A stretch of 64,000 nucleotides of DNA. It comes from Octopus sinensis. Its lineage: Eukaryota. Every line of letters starts with the position of its first letter. The first letter of the stretch is position 1. The DNA is taken from assembly GCF_006345805.1 (NCBI RefSeq), contig NW_021832124.1:1-64000 (forward strand), written 5' to 3'. The notes beneath the pieces are model-generated. The model did no database searches, was not told the origin of the DNA, and saw only the letters and a program-made list of their open reading frames with translations. Below are positions 13,321-24,777 of the stretch, piece after piece. A program made the position numbers and the translations under genes.

Positions 13321-14125
13321 CCATCTGGGAAATACTTCGAGCTTGATCTTATACTTTTGGAGAAATATTTTCCTGTCAGTATTTCTTAAGTTCTTCTTAG
13401 ACACGGAGTTGAAAGTCTTTTGAATGTCCACCGAACACATAACCGTCTTTTCCCTGCAAGGTTTAATCGTTAGTTCTTTTGAGATTAAGTTAATCAGCCT
13501 GGTAAAATGCGAAGCCGTAGATTTCCCACTTTTGAATCCATGTTGGAAATTCAGATGAAGAAATAATTGTTTGACTCGTTTGAGTACCAGTTTTTTCCAG
13601 AGCTTTAGATACTACGCAAAGGAGGAAAATTGGTCTGTCTGACGATGGGTCGTATTTAGGCTTTCCCGATTTCAGGATAGTGCAAATGTGAGCAATTTTC
13701 TAAATGGTAGGTATTAAATTGTTGTTTATTAAGGAATTATAGATTTGAACCAGGGCTGCTATTGCTACTTGCCCAAGGTTTTTCAACAGAATTATAGAAA
13801 TTCCGTCATGTCCACAAAAACCCGTCCTTCTTAAATTTTGGATAGCCGGAGACATGGAAATATTTCAATGAATAATCAATCACATTAATGTCAAAGAAAA
13901 TTCTTTCATAGCTGTCCATTTCAGGATAAAGATACCAATGGAGATTAAAATCGAGGAGGTCATTTTACAGAGGACCAAATCTTACTGCTTGACATGTATC
14001 TCTTCGAAATCAAGTAAATATTTTTGACCCATTTGTGAATATGCACATTTTTTGCCTTCATGAATACTACGCTGTCATTTAAATACGAAAGGTAGAAGGG
14101 ACGAAATAGCATTTGATGGCATGTA
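13321..14125 (-). mobile_element. Decayed non-LTR retrotransposon RT fragment, related to the copies at 10.9 and 53 kb
   Basis: GHDGISIILLKNLGQ, KIAHICTILKSGKPK.DPSSDRPI.LLCVVSKALEK, FQHGFKSGKST, DIQK.F.SV; many stops. Confidence 0.85.
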
Positions 14126-14310
14126 ACATTAATTTTAAATAAGATTTATATAGTTCTGATAATCAGACTAAACGTCCAAAAACATCTACAAAACTCTATA
14201 ATTTTGTTAATTTTTTATATATTAATAATATAAAAAATAATAAATTAACGTGAAAGTTATGTATTATCAAATATTTTTATAATCTTAAAAAGATATACAA
14301 AAAATCAGAT

Positions 14311-15711
14311 ATGAATTCCTCCATTCTCGAATTACTGTCAAAAACCCACGGAATAGACGACGAGATTGAATACTACAAAATATTACACAACACTGAAACA
14401 GTCCCACATGGTTCCACTAATTCAAATATTTTATTAGAATTACTTGAAAAACGTGAAAAAACTAGCACCGTCCTCTCCTCGAACGATAAGTCCTTCGGTC
14501 CCCTTTTTGCGGCCATTTCCAAATTCAAAAGTGAAATAAATGGCAGCACGTGAGCTCATCAACCCATCAATTTTAGAGTCCCCAGCATAATTTTCAGCAG
14601 ATTACAGTCAGAATTTGATGTAACCATTTTGTGACTATTTTTAGACTGATTTCCCCAATTTGTTGTGCTTTGCCTTTGAGTTTGTCCAATTCAAGTTCGA
14701 TATTGGAAAATACGAGGAGGCCTACCTCCAATTGGAGTTACTTCATCCACTAGTAGATTCTTTGCACGTGTTTTAGATGCTTTATGTCGATTCTGGCCGG
14801 TTTGTGAAGGGTTTTTGGGTAAGTTGTGCTGTGCGGTTCTTTTGGGTAACTTCAGTCGGGCTGAGACCCACTTGGCTGAATTGAGGCAGGTTTTATCACA
14901 GGTTTGGGTTGTGGGATAAGGTTAGTCAAAAATCAGTCTTGTGAAGGCATTTACTGATCATTTGTGGCTGCTGAATTGGTCGTTGTTTGTTTATTTCCGT
15001 TCTGTTGAGTCACTCCCAGTTTTTTGTGAGCTGTTTTTTGAGAGCAGGTTGATGGAAGTGACTGATGATTAGTTTTTTGGATGGTATTGTGAGTCGGTCG
15101 CCTTATTTGGTTTGTTATTTGGCTGTGGCTGTTGTTGTGTCTCGAAATGACGACAATTTTGAACGTCTTTTGGAACTGATTGTTATTTTTGTGTTTTTGA
15201 GTATTAGAAGCAAATGGTGGACAAGGATTGTGCGTCCTTGTTTGTGCTTAGGTTGGTGGGGGATTTGGATTTGATTTCGATCGCAAGGGACCTCAAGGAC
15301 TGTCGGGAAGTTGATTTGTTTTTTAATAAATTTTCAGATCATAAAATTGGATTATTTCATGAGTAATTTTGCAGATTTGTTTTATAAATATTCTTGTCAG
15401 TTAATTTTGAAGAGAATGCTAAAAATAATGTCTTGTTTGTCGATAAAGTTTGTTTGACACAATGTTTATATATTTGTAGTAATTTTATGACTTTGTTTGA
15501 AATTGATGGAGTTGAATTGGACAGAATGGTTCAGGATTTGAACTCAGATATGAACATGAGAATTAAAGTCGACTATAAAAATGTTTTTTGGTTTTTTATT
15601 GATATTAAGGATTTGCTGTCTTCTACTGTTGTCGCGGAATTGGTTGATATTACCCTATATAAGAAATTGGATGCGGTTGTAGCCAAAATGCAGAAGATAG
15701 TTGTCGAATGA
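14311..15711 (+). CDS. EIF3E: Divergent translation initiation factor eIF3 subunit E (INT6)
   Basis: Spliced product gives FKFDIGKYEEA, F-W-G-K-L, WLLNWSLFVYF, PYLVCYLAVAV, NFEENAK, collinear with eIF3e. One 1-nt frame break at 14817-14819 and one unresolved junction near 15375-15400; true N-terminus uncertain. Confidence 0.85.
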
Positions 15712-15859
15712 TTTTGTTGTTTTTAAATTTTTATTTATTATAAGCAAATTATATTTTTTTATTAAAATTAAAAAAATTCAATTCTTAGAACCTGATAAAC
15801 TTTTTGATTCAAATTTGAGGATAGAGGATCATCAAAGCTATTTGTTAATTTTTATGCGT

Positions 15860-16307
15860 TAATTGTTTGCCGAATCCATCAATGTATGTCAGATTGTGAA
15901 TGATACGATTGCAGGTCGAAATATTGAGAGAAAATCTTTGCGGTTTGGGCCAGTATCTGAAGTTTGTCGAGATCATCACAGGTCTTCAGGGTTTTCTTTA
16001 AAGCCTCAAGTCGTGTTGCAGAACAACCGTAGGGTGTGTTATGTCGTCCTCGGAATTTTACGTCATCTGATAGGAAGTATTCTTTCATGGTCACGTAGGG
16101 AGGTGAAGTTGGGTCCATCTTCAAGATGTGTCCAAATAGCCTCTAGCGACCATTGACGATATCCGGCTAATTAGTCCCGAGTTGCTGATCTTGTAAATAG
16201 TCGAGTTACTGATTTTCTTCGGCCAGTGTAGGCGGTTCAGGGAACGAAGCTGGTTTCTGTGGAAAGAGTCAAGGTTCTTTAAATCTGAATCAGAATTAGA
16301 AAAGGTG
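15860..16307 (-). mobile_element. 3' portion of an RTE-clade LINE (continuation of 16992-18815)
   Basis: LDSFHRNQLRSLNRLHWPKKISNSTIY, MKEYF..FRGR, LKTCDDLDKLQILAQ are typical RTE post-RT C-terminal motifs. Confidence 0.75.
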
Positions 16308-16991
16308 GTCGACAATTCAATGAATCTTACTTTTCGTCAAGAAGTTATATCTCATTTAGAAGTATTCTCCACGTCTTTTGGGGGATATTTCGGAACGGAT
16401 CTAAATATTACGAATAAATGGATTTCGAGTCCATTTTCGTATAATCTGAAAATTATGTCAGATGATCATGAACTCAAGAAGATCTGATTGATCTTCGAAC
16501 AAACAAAGCCTTAAAATAGAGTCTTACAATTGTACATTGGAGCAATTTTGGAGTTCAGTAGTGAAAATGTATCCAAAATTATCTCAAAAGGCTTTGTATG
16601 AACTGATTCCATTTGCAACGACATACTTATGCGAGTCAGGATTCAGCTCTCTTTTGGAAATTAAAGCTAAATACAGAAATCGCCTGAATCCTGAACATGA
16701 CATTCGTATTGCGATTAGCAAAAAGTGCCAAGATTTGACAAAATCATTGAAAATAAACAAGAACAAAGAAGCCATTATTTTTTTTACTTTTTTGGTGTTA
16801 CTGTATACTTTTGTTAATTTAAACTTTATTGCGTTTAATGTTAAATTTTTAATTTTTTTTCGATTAACAAACTTTTGGTTAAATAAAAAAACACTAATAA
16901 TATAAATAGAAAATATTCTGGGAGTGCGAGAGTTTGTAAAAAATATTTAGGGGTGCGAGCTCTAAAAAGATTGGGAACCCCTGCTCTAGAA
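16308..16991 (+). mobile_element. hAT (Charlie/SPIN-type) DNA transposon, 3' half with right TIR and target-site copy
   Basis: FW..YPKLSQKAL..PFATTYLCESGFS..KYRNRL dimerisation domain; TIR TTGGGAACCCCTG at 16971-16983 followed by CTCTAGAA (NTCTAGAN target consensus of Charlie-type hATs). Left end absent. Confidence 0.9.
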
Positions 16992-18815
16992 CGTAGTAAT
17001 GGGCCCATCGGGCAGTGTCGTAATCAATTCTTCATGAAAGTTTTTAGAGCAACAGCAGCCAGTGTTTTTCTACGCATTATGTCCTCCCGGTCACCAAGCA
17101 GTGAGCCAAGCTTCTTGGATAGTCTCCGTGTTTCTATAAGTTGAGTGTCTGAACGTAATATCTCAACCACTTCCGTCTTGTCCGAGTTTATTTTTAGAAA
17201 CCATTTTCCGAGTTTTCCTGGTGCGATCTCCAGCAGTCTAGCCAGTGCAGATCTGTCGCTAAATACGAAGTCAACATCATCCGCGTAGATAATTTCGGCG
17301 ATTGACTCCTCGTATAGGCTTCTCAGCTCTCGTAGGGCAGCTTCGAGGTAAATCAAGAAGAGCAGTGGTGAAAGGGATTCGCCCTGAGAAGTTTCCACAT
17401 TTGTTAAGAAGGGTCTGGACAAGGTCATCCCAAGGCGGACGGTAAGTTCCGTGTTTGTCAGTAGTACCTGGATCATTCTGGTTTCATCCTCTTCTAAGAA
17501 ACTCTGCAGGATCTTCATTAACAGATCTCGGTGAATACTGTCGCAAGCTCTTGACATATCGATCCCCAGGATGATTGCGGCACTTTTGAATCTTTGGTGG
17601 GTTGCACACCGCCATCGGTAGCCCCACAGAACGTCTACGGTAGATCTTTCTTCCCTGAATCCGATGTGGTTTTGCGACAGAAAGTTGTTCACTCTGTCCC
17701 CGATACGATCCAGCACGATTAATGAGAGAATCTTCCTCAGGGAGTTCACCAGGTTTTTGAATAGGTATTAGAATCCCGGATTCGAGTGAGAGTAAGTCGT
17801 TTTCAGTAAAAATATCATTCAAAATGTTCGCTATATTGCTTAAGAGAGACTTGGGTCCATATTTTAAAAGCTCCGCACTGATGTTGTCCGGCCCCGCAGC
17901 TCGATTGTTTTTTAGCCTGCTAGGTGCCTTTTTAACTTCATCCAGAGTAATTTTATTCCTCAGAGGTTGTGCTGGCCAAGAGAAAGGTAATATCGGCTCC
18001 GTGTTCGTGTTGAATTGTTGTTCAAAGTAATCTGCTATAAGGCTTACCTGTTTCACCAATTCAGATACTTCAGTTTCTTTGTTGGTTATAAGTCGAAGTT
18101 TGGGGCTGCTTTTCTTCTTATTGAGCAGCCGTAGATATTTTGGGTCAAAGGTGAGAAGACCAGTTTTTTCGTCAGGTATCTGCCCGGTGTATGAGTCATT
18201 CGATGATTTGGTTTTTTCAGCGAGTATGATTTCTGCAGACTGAATCTGCTGACGAACACCCTGTAAACGCTGTCAACGAGTGATACACCGTAAGAGCGAG
18301 AGTCCAATAGGAGACATACATCTTTTTGTCGGCAGATTATGTAGTCAATTTGGTTATAAATAGGCACGCAGTTCCCATTTTTGTCACGTCGCCTTCCCGT
18401 CCAGGTGAATTTATGCCGAGCAGGATGTTCAAAAGCCGTGTTGCATAAGAAAAGTTTTGACAGGTTTCTATATCCTCTTCCGTGTCATCCAATAAAGGTT
18501 TCTGTGGCACAGAGAATACCAGCTTTTGCGTTCCAATCGCTGGCGATGAATAGGAGTATAGATGATTCTAAGGACAAATATGTCCGAGTCAGCACTTTGT
18601 AGAATTGTTCAATATCGTCAGGAGCTTTGATGATTCTGCCGCTGTGAGGAACGCATACATTGATAACTGATATAACCCCATTGGTCCTTCCCTCTTTGCC
18701 GATTTGTACTTGGAGCACTGAGATTATATCTGTCACTCTCCACCGTTGTTTAAGTCCACACCATAGGCTTTTGTGAATCACAAATTTTTATCCGTAATGT
18801 CTGCAGTCAAGGGGT
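16992..18815 (-). mobile_element. RTE-clade LINE, APE endonuclease plus RT, decayed
   Basis: APE motifs (SDWNAK, NQIDYI); RT motifs KNNRAAGPDNISAELLK, GIDMSRA, QGESLSPLLF, IIYADDV, LKINSDKTE. Confidence 0.92.
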
Positions 18816-18899
18816 AGCAAGATCATTCAATAGTTTCCGTATGTTAGGTCCATTCTCGAATTTAGTTTGGTCTCTTGTAGGCGCTACAATTGGTTATAA

Positions 18900-19841
18900 G
18901 GTGTTGGAATCTTGTAGATCCAATTCCGGCGTTATGCCAGAGGAACTCCGATGTGGCCAAAAAACTGGAAAGAACCACAGTTGGTTTATATTTATATTTT
19001 AGGTGTCGTACTTTGGTTGATATTGAAAAATATTTACGAGACTATCGAAAAGGAGAGTCCTTGTGTGGATAGCCCAGGAGAGAATGACCGGGAATATTAT
19101 ATTCCAGACGAAGATCCGTATGATTTCTTTTCCGATAGGCCTGGAAATGTATTTGAGACATAAATTTGGATTATTAGATTGATCCAGATGAAGAGACATG
19201 TGGCAGTTCGTATCAGTATTTGATTCCACGAAACCAGCCGAAAATTGAATATTCCAAAGATGTTGCTGATAGTCACGATATTCTGATCAGCTATGTAGCC
19301 GACACTGTGAAAGATTTTGTCGAAATGGTGTTATTTTTTATTGTATTGATTTAGGGAGACATTCAGACTGCAGTCATAACGATACTCACACTGGCCAAAA
19401 AGTGGTTTAGAGGGAAATTGAATCGTGATAGAACTGTTGGATATATTCTTCATTATTTGGGTATTCTGGGAGCTTAATGTTTTAGATTTGATGGCAAAAT
19501 TCGAGATTTGGGTAGAACAGGCGGAGATTGTCAAGTTTTGTGGTTATAAAGAGATCGGAGAATTAAGTTTGCACCATGCTTCTTATATTCCTCAATGTCT
19601 AAACGAGTCTCATTGTGAAATAATGAATTTGGGGTTTTCAAAATGTTCTAACTGTGGTGAATATGGTTTTATGTGCTGTTTTTGGTTGTGATGTATAAAA
19701 TTCTAAGTATAATGAGGGACCCGTGAACAAGTTGGGAGTTTGGTGTCAGGAGTGTAATCATGGTTGACACATAGAACACATGATCCAGTGTTTTTAAAAC
19801 ACGATTCCTGCCCTGGTTGTGGCCATTTATGCCAATATTGA
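18900..19841 (+). pseudogene. WDR24: 5'-truncated WDR24 (GATOR2) fragment lacking the WD40 repeats
   Basis: ALCQRNSDVAKKL, GDIQTAV, YLDLMAKFEIW, VWCQECNHG*H, CPGCGHLC. Short introns retained; premature TGA at 19765-19767; frameshifts near 19700 and 19790. Confidence 0.85.
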
Positions 19842-19949
19842 CATTTTTAAAGAAATGTTTGCATAAAAAGTTGAATTTTGCTATGAAAATAATTGATTTT
19901 GACAATAGTTTGTAGTGGTTTTAGAAAAGCTAATTTAACCTTATTACTA

Positions 19950-20150
19950 GGGCAATTTAAGTGCTAAAATGCTATTTTTACTTTTTATATTTTTTTTAAT
20001 ATAAAATTGAATTTGGAATAATTATTTTTTAATTTTGTTAAAAAAAACATACATTATAAATGCTATAAATGCTATTTGTAATTTTAAATGCTAATTTTTT
20101 TTTAAATGCTAATTTAAATTGCATTTAAAATTTTTTTAATGCCACCCATA
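19950..20150. repeat. Cluster of five AAATGCTA motifs, possibly the subterminal array of a MITE end
   Basis: Copies at 19967, 20058, 20067, 20086 and 20104, plus an inverted variant near 20117. Confidence 0.4.
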
Positions 20151-20419
20151 TTAAATAAAATAATTTAACACGCTATATAGTATTTTGAGTGATGCCAAAA
20201 CCCAAGTGTTTGTTGCTTAAGAAAGCTAAGCGTATAGTCTCAGAATTCAAAGATGAGTTTTTACTTTTGATAAGTTTTCCTATTGAGCTAACACGCGCGT
20301 TGTTGTTGTGGTGCACTTTTTCTATTCATTTGTTCATTTGCTATTTGTTATTCAATTCAATAATTCTCTCTCTTTTTCCATTTCTTTTTGTCATCCATTT
20401 TTTCATTGTTTTTATCTTG

Positions 20420-20960
20420 CTCTCTTTTTATGTCTTTCTGTTTCCAACCCACTTCTGTTCTATGCTCTACTTGCGAAGTTAGTAACAACCGCAAGAAAGG
20501 GAAAGTCTGTTCTAGTTGCGACAGATTCTTCCACCTTTCTTGCGTGCGTCTTTCTAGGCGCGTTTCTGCCTCTCTCTTAATTTGGGACTGTCCTTCCTGC
20601 CGCACTTGCCAGCCGGTTTAGTGTTCCAGCCCGCAAGAATTCCCCGAAAAAGTGCCATTCGCAACATCCCCGTCTGCCGAGGAAGTTCTCAAATCTATCA
20701 AGCTCTTCTGCCGTCTCCGGAAAATCCCATCCAGAATCCCAAAAGCTGCGCGTATCTTTGCAGCCTCCTCCTTGTTCACCGCAATCGATAATGCTTTGGC
20801 ATCTGATGGCCATTCCGATTGGCTTAAGCTGTTTTGCTTCGCCTCTTTCGGTCTCGGTTTTATTATTCCTTCCCTCTCGGCCATTGGCCTTTCTATAAAC
20901 GACAACAAATCCGAAGTGGTGAACATCAATCTTAACCCAAATTCATTCACTGAAGACGTC
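20420..20960 (+). mobile_element. Internally deleted CRE-like (REL-type) non-LTR relic with an N-terminal PHD finger
   Basis: C4HC3 finger CSTC..CSSC..FHLSC..WDCPSC, then RIPKAAR..DWLKLFCF, joined directly to the RT motif LSAIGLSINDNKSEV. Confidence 0.62.
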
Positions 20961-21064
20961 GTAATACGTCGTAAGGTAATAAGTTATTACCTTAAATTGA
21001 ACAAAATTATTATGACCAAATATACATAGAATAGACAAAGTAAGTAACTAAAAGGATTATCGAG

Positions 21065-21320
21065 AGCCTAAGGGTCAGTTCGAAGACCCGAACTGCGTAT
21101 TGAGTGGCAGTTTCTCCGAGCATAGCGACCGAAATTTGCTGAAAAACCCAACTCATCTCCCTCCAGTAGTTTTTTTCAAGGAGATTCACCTACGAATATC
21201 AGTGAGAAGTTGAGTCGCAGCCTTGTCACCGATTTTTAAAGATTCGACAAACTCGAAAGAATTTGAAATGCACGCATATTTTGTCCTCTTTGACTTTTCA
21301 GTCTAAACATTGGCGGAACC
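21065..21320 (-). mobile_element. CRE-like element 3' end (REL endonuclease C-terminus)
   Basis: KRTKYACISNSFEFVESL..IGDKAA, then WVFQQISVAML(R.)NCHSI across frameshifts. Confidence 0.6.
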
Positions 21321-21479
21321 CGATTTTCTGACAGATATTAATAAAATGCTCGAAGAAAATGAGTTAATACAAATAGGTGCAGTAAATACTCTCGAATCCA
21401 CGTATTATAACTAATAAATTCTTCAATCCGCCATTTTGAACAATAAAATTATTACTGAGAAAACCAAAATATTTGCCAT

Positions 21480-21715
21480 AATGATTTTAAAAAGCAGTAG
21501 GTGCCTTGTCAAATTTAAAAAAAGGAATGGCTTGAAGTTACAAAATATGCATAGAGAATCTGCAACTTTAAATTTTGATCCTAAATTTTATTGAATTAAT
21601 CAAAAATAAAATCGACCTCTACGGTGCTCAAAATGTTTATAATACAGTTGAAACTGGCTTATTTTACATAATGATTCCGTCCAAAAGTGGTTTTAAAAAT
21701 CTTAAAGTATTAACG
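21480..21715 (+). mobile_element. pogo/Tigger transposase fragment
   Basis: LVKFKKRNGLKLQNMHRESA (CENP-B-type HTH end) and NVYNTVETGLFY (start of the DDE domain). Confidence 0.65.
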
Positions 21716-21719
21716 GGAT

Positions 21720-22464
21720 CACTATGCGTCCACTGCAAAAAAGCAGGCAGACTGTTGACCATCTAGCCACGCGGTGTGGTAGAATGCTAAACAGTGATTA
21801 TCCCCGAAGACACAACGAAGTGGTAAAGTGTATTCATCTTTATTTGTGTCGAATGTATGGAATTAAACGAAGCAGGAAATTGAAAGGACATTCGGTTGTG
21901 TCAATAATGTTGACTCAAAATGTCAAAATCAGAGTTGATACGTCAATTATGACTGAAACAGAGGTTCAATTTAATAGACCTGATATTTTCGTTTATGACA
22001 AGAGGAACAGAGTAATTCATTTAATCGAAGTGGGAGTTACTTCGCAAGACCGTTTAAAGCAAGTTAAAGTGGAGAAATTTCACAAATACAACCTGCTTGC
22101 GAACGAACTGTCGGTTCTCTATGAAGCAAAAGTGAAGATTATTCCAATTGTCTTGACATGGGATGGAGTTGTCTCAAACTTCTTAAAAAGTCATACGGAC
22201 AAGTTATCCATTGAAGAATGAACGAAGACATACATCCAGTCTTTTGTGCTGAAGAGGACGCTAGAGAGTATGCTTATCGAGCACAGACATGGGATAAAGG
22301 TAGACAACGAGGAGTACGCCTCTACCGCCAATCAACTTGCGGAGCTGGCATGTCGTAAGAACACTCAATTGAATAAATTCATTGAAATAAAGAATGAAAG
22401 AAAGTTTATGGAAAACTTTTCTTCTAAGCGAAGAAAAGAAATCACTGAAAATCGGGATTTTTAA
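21720..22464 (+). mobile_element. R4/Dong-type non-LTR retrotransposon 3' fragment (CCHC plus restriction-like endonuclease)
   Basis: TVDHLATRC, RRHNEVVK, NRPDIFVYD..IEV, EKFHKY, IIPIVLTWDG. Confidence 0.85.
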
Positions 22465-23269
22465 TTAACTAGTTTCACGTGATTGTTTTTCTTGTTACAT
22501 GTTTGTTTTCAATATATTTTTTACACTAATCAATTTTTCGATATCAAAAATCTTAAATCCTTTGAAACGCTTGGATCTTCAATTATCCAAACTCTAAAAA
22601 TGAAATCAAGAATTACTGATATTTTTGTTATAAATAATTTTTTTGACTTATATTATTAATGAATGAAAAAATCGATAAATTTCTCGAATCAGCCAGATTT
22701 TGCCGATCCCCGAAATTGGCGGATTTTAGAAACTTTACTGTAATATTATTAATATATTTTAAATACCATTTTTGAACGACTATTCTAAGTTGACACAAAA
22801 ACTTGACACAGTCAAATGTCATACGAACAATTTTAGCATAATATTCCGATGCATCTCTCTACGTGTAATGATCATTCTTTAAGGAGAGGAGTGTCATCTG
22901 CCGGCTAAAAAAATCCTAACAAGTCTGTAGGTCCCCCACATTTTTTTCTATAACGCCCTCTTTGACAAATCGAGATTATACTCATTGGTGATTACATCAA
23001 ACTTATTTATCACCACAAATCTCTATTTGAGGTGTTTTCTAAGCAAAATGACTCGGTAGTCCGAATAATTAACGGAAAGTACAGGTTTGATAGCTAGTTT
23101 TAAATTGGGTAACTCACTTGATTAATAAAAACATGATTGTGAGACTCCGAAGAACTTACTCCCTATATCATATGTGCCAACTTTGTATAAATCTGTCACC
23201 AAATATGTTAGCTGTCTCCTTTCACACGAGCTTTTACTTTTGACTGGACGTACCGAGACGAAGAATATG

Positions 23270-23400
23270 AAAATCATTAAATTCTTCAAATCAAGAATAA
23301 CTAGACTATGTTTAATCCGTGCGTGCTTCAAACATGTTTTAATCCAATTACAAGCTGGAAAAACGTGTTTAGCAATACGCGAGCGAATGAATATAAAATT
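23270..23400 (+). mobile_element. Possible Penelope-like GIY-YIG remnant
   Basis: KSRIT..LIRAC..GKTCLAIRERMN resembles the PLE endonuclease pattern; no RT found nearby. Confidence 0.35.
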
Positions 23401-23994
23401 AAGAAAAACAGGAAAGAAAAAGAATAACCTGAACCAGGGCCAAAGCGCTGAAATAAAACGCTCGGTCGGTCAAGACAGCGATGATTTTAGCCATAGTGAG
23501 TCTGACCAATTTTTGAATCCTAGCCGAGATGACGGATTCCCTTCACAAAGCTGATATAAGAAATTTCAAAAGAGTGGGATTGCTGTCAGGAGTTGTGAGT
23601 AACTCGAGAAAAGTAAGAATAAGGCATTTCAGAAACTTCCAGTATTGGATCATAGCCGAACTAGAAATTCCGGCGCGAGATAAATAAAGATACAGATAGC
23701 ATGAGAAGCACGAGCAGCCCATCTTGCGGGAATGCTTGACAGGAAACAATTTTTCATGGGAATAGAATATTTATTATTAAAATAAGAGAAAGATGTGCGA
23801 GAAAAATGTACAGGAACGGAAAAAAGATGGAATGAAAAAAACAGAGATCTAAAGATATACCACAATAACAGCCCAAAAACCTCCTTTTGCCCAAACTGTA
23901 CTTTCTGACTTTTGAGAGGATTAATATTTTATAGAGAAAATAATTTAAATTTAAATAAAATTATTGTTAACGTGTGTCGAAGTGGGTTTAATTT

Positions 23995-24347
23995 ATGTCT
24001 GAAAAAGATAAACTAATTTTTGTTTCGAAACAAGATCTACCTGCTTCTCCCAACCTAAATCTGGTCGAACTAGAACAGGAACACGGTAAGCACACTACAT
24101 AACAATAAAAGGAGCAATCTTACCAAACGGAGATATCAATTGGCTATGTCCATGTCTGGGTGGAATGACATGCGGCCCATGCGCTGTCGAGTTTCGACGT
24201 GCATTTTCTTGTTTCCATACAAGCACTGACGAAATTAAAGGCAATAACTGCCTTGATGAATTTGCTGCTATGCAGGCTTGTATGGCACGTTTCCCCAAAG
24301 TATACGTCTCAGATAACCCACCCAATAATTTACCAGACCAAAAATAA
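23995..24347 (+). CDS. CHCHD4: Mitochondrial IMS import oxidoreductase MIA40
   Basis: [32 protein letters not shown] (CPC motif), twin CX9C; intron 24086-24111. Confidence 0.97.
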
Positions 24348-24528
24348 TTAAGACTATCCTTATCTTGACAATAAACTTATTTGTAAATTAATTAATAACT
24401 CAACATACTAAATTATTTTAAAACATAAAAGGTGACGATTTTGACGATGGAGTTGATTGTTTTTTTCAAACAGAATCCATTTTTGATTTTTATTTATGAT
24501 ATTTATATTGAGTAAATTTTTTATAGCA

Positions 24529-24767
24529 TTCAAAAATCGAAGATGCTTATGACGCTAAAGTCAGAAAGATAGAAGATTTGTTACCTCACTTATGGAAATT
24601 ATGATGTAATTTTTTTTGGGTATATGCGAAGAAGAGACATGTGGTGTCTCATAAAATGACCCTATACAATGAAATCAAACCCACATTAATTAGTTTCTTG
24701 TTCTTCTCTTGGCTTTCTCCCTAACTTTAATTTATGGGTTTGTTGGAAATAAAACTTGTCTTGTCTT
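24529..24767 (+). mobile_element. Short 5'-truncated copy (3' end only) of the LINE at 24778-27010
   Basis: Nearly identical to ~26770-27010, including AATAAA and the (CTTGT)n tail; flanked by ttatagca. Confidence 0.9.
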
Positions 24768-24777
24768 ATAGCACTTC

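Noticed and set aside
10085-19841. Alternative genetic code (TGA as Trp or Gly) suggested by TGA at conserved positions in the USP, RTE and WDR24 fragments
   Set aside because: Intact genes use TGG for conserved Trp and end in TGA (EEA1, EIF3E); the in-frame TGAs occur only in otherwise damaged sequences.
21072-21095. GTTCGAA-containing hairpin as a tRNA or SINE
   Set aside because: No cloverleaf or properly spaced A box; it lies in the coding tail of the minus-strand CRE-like fragment.
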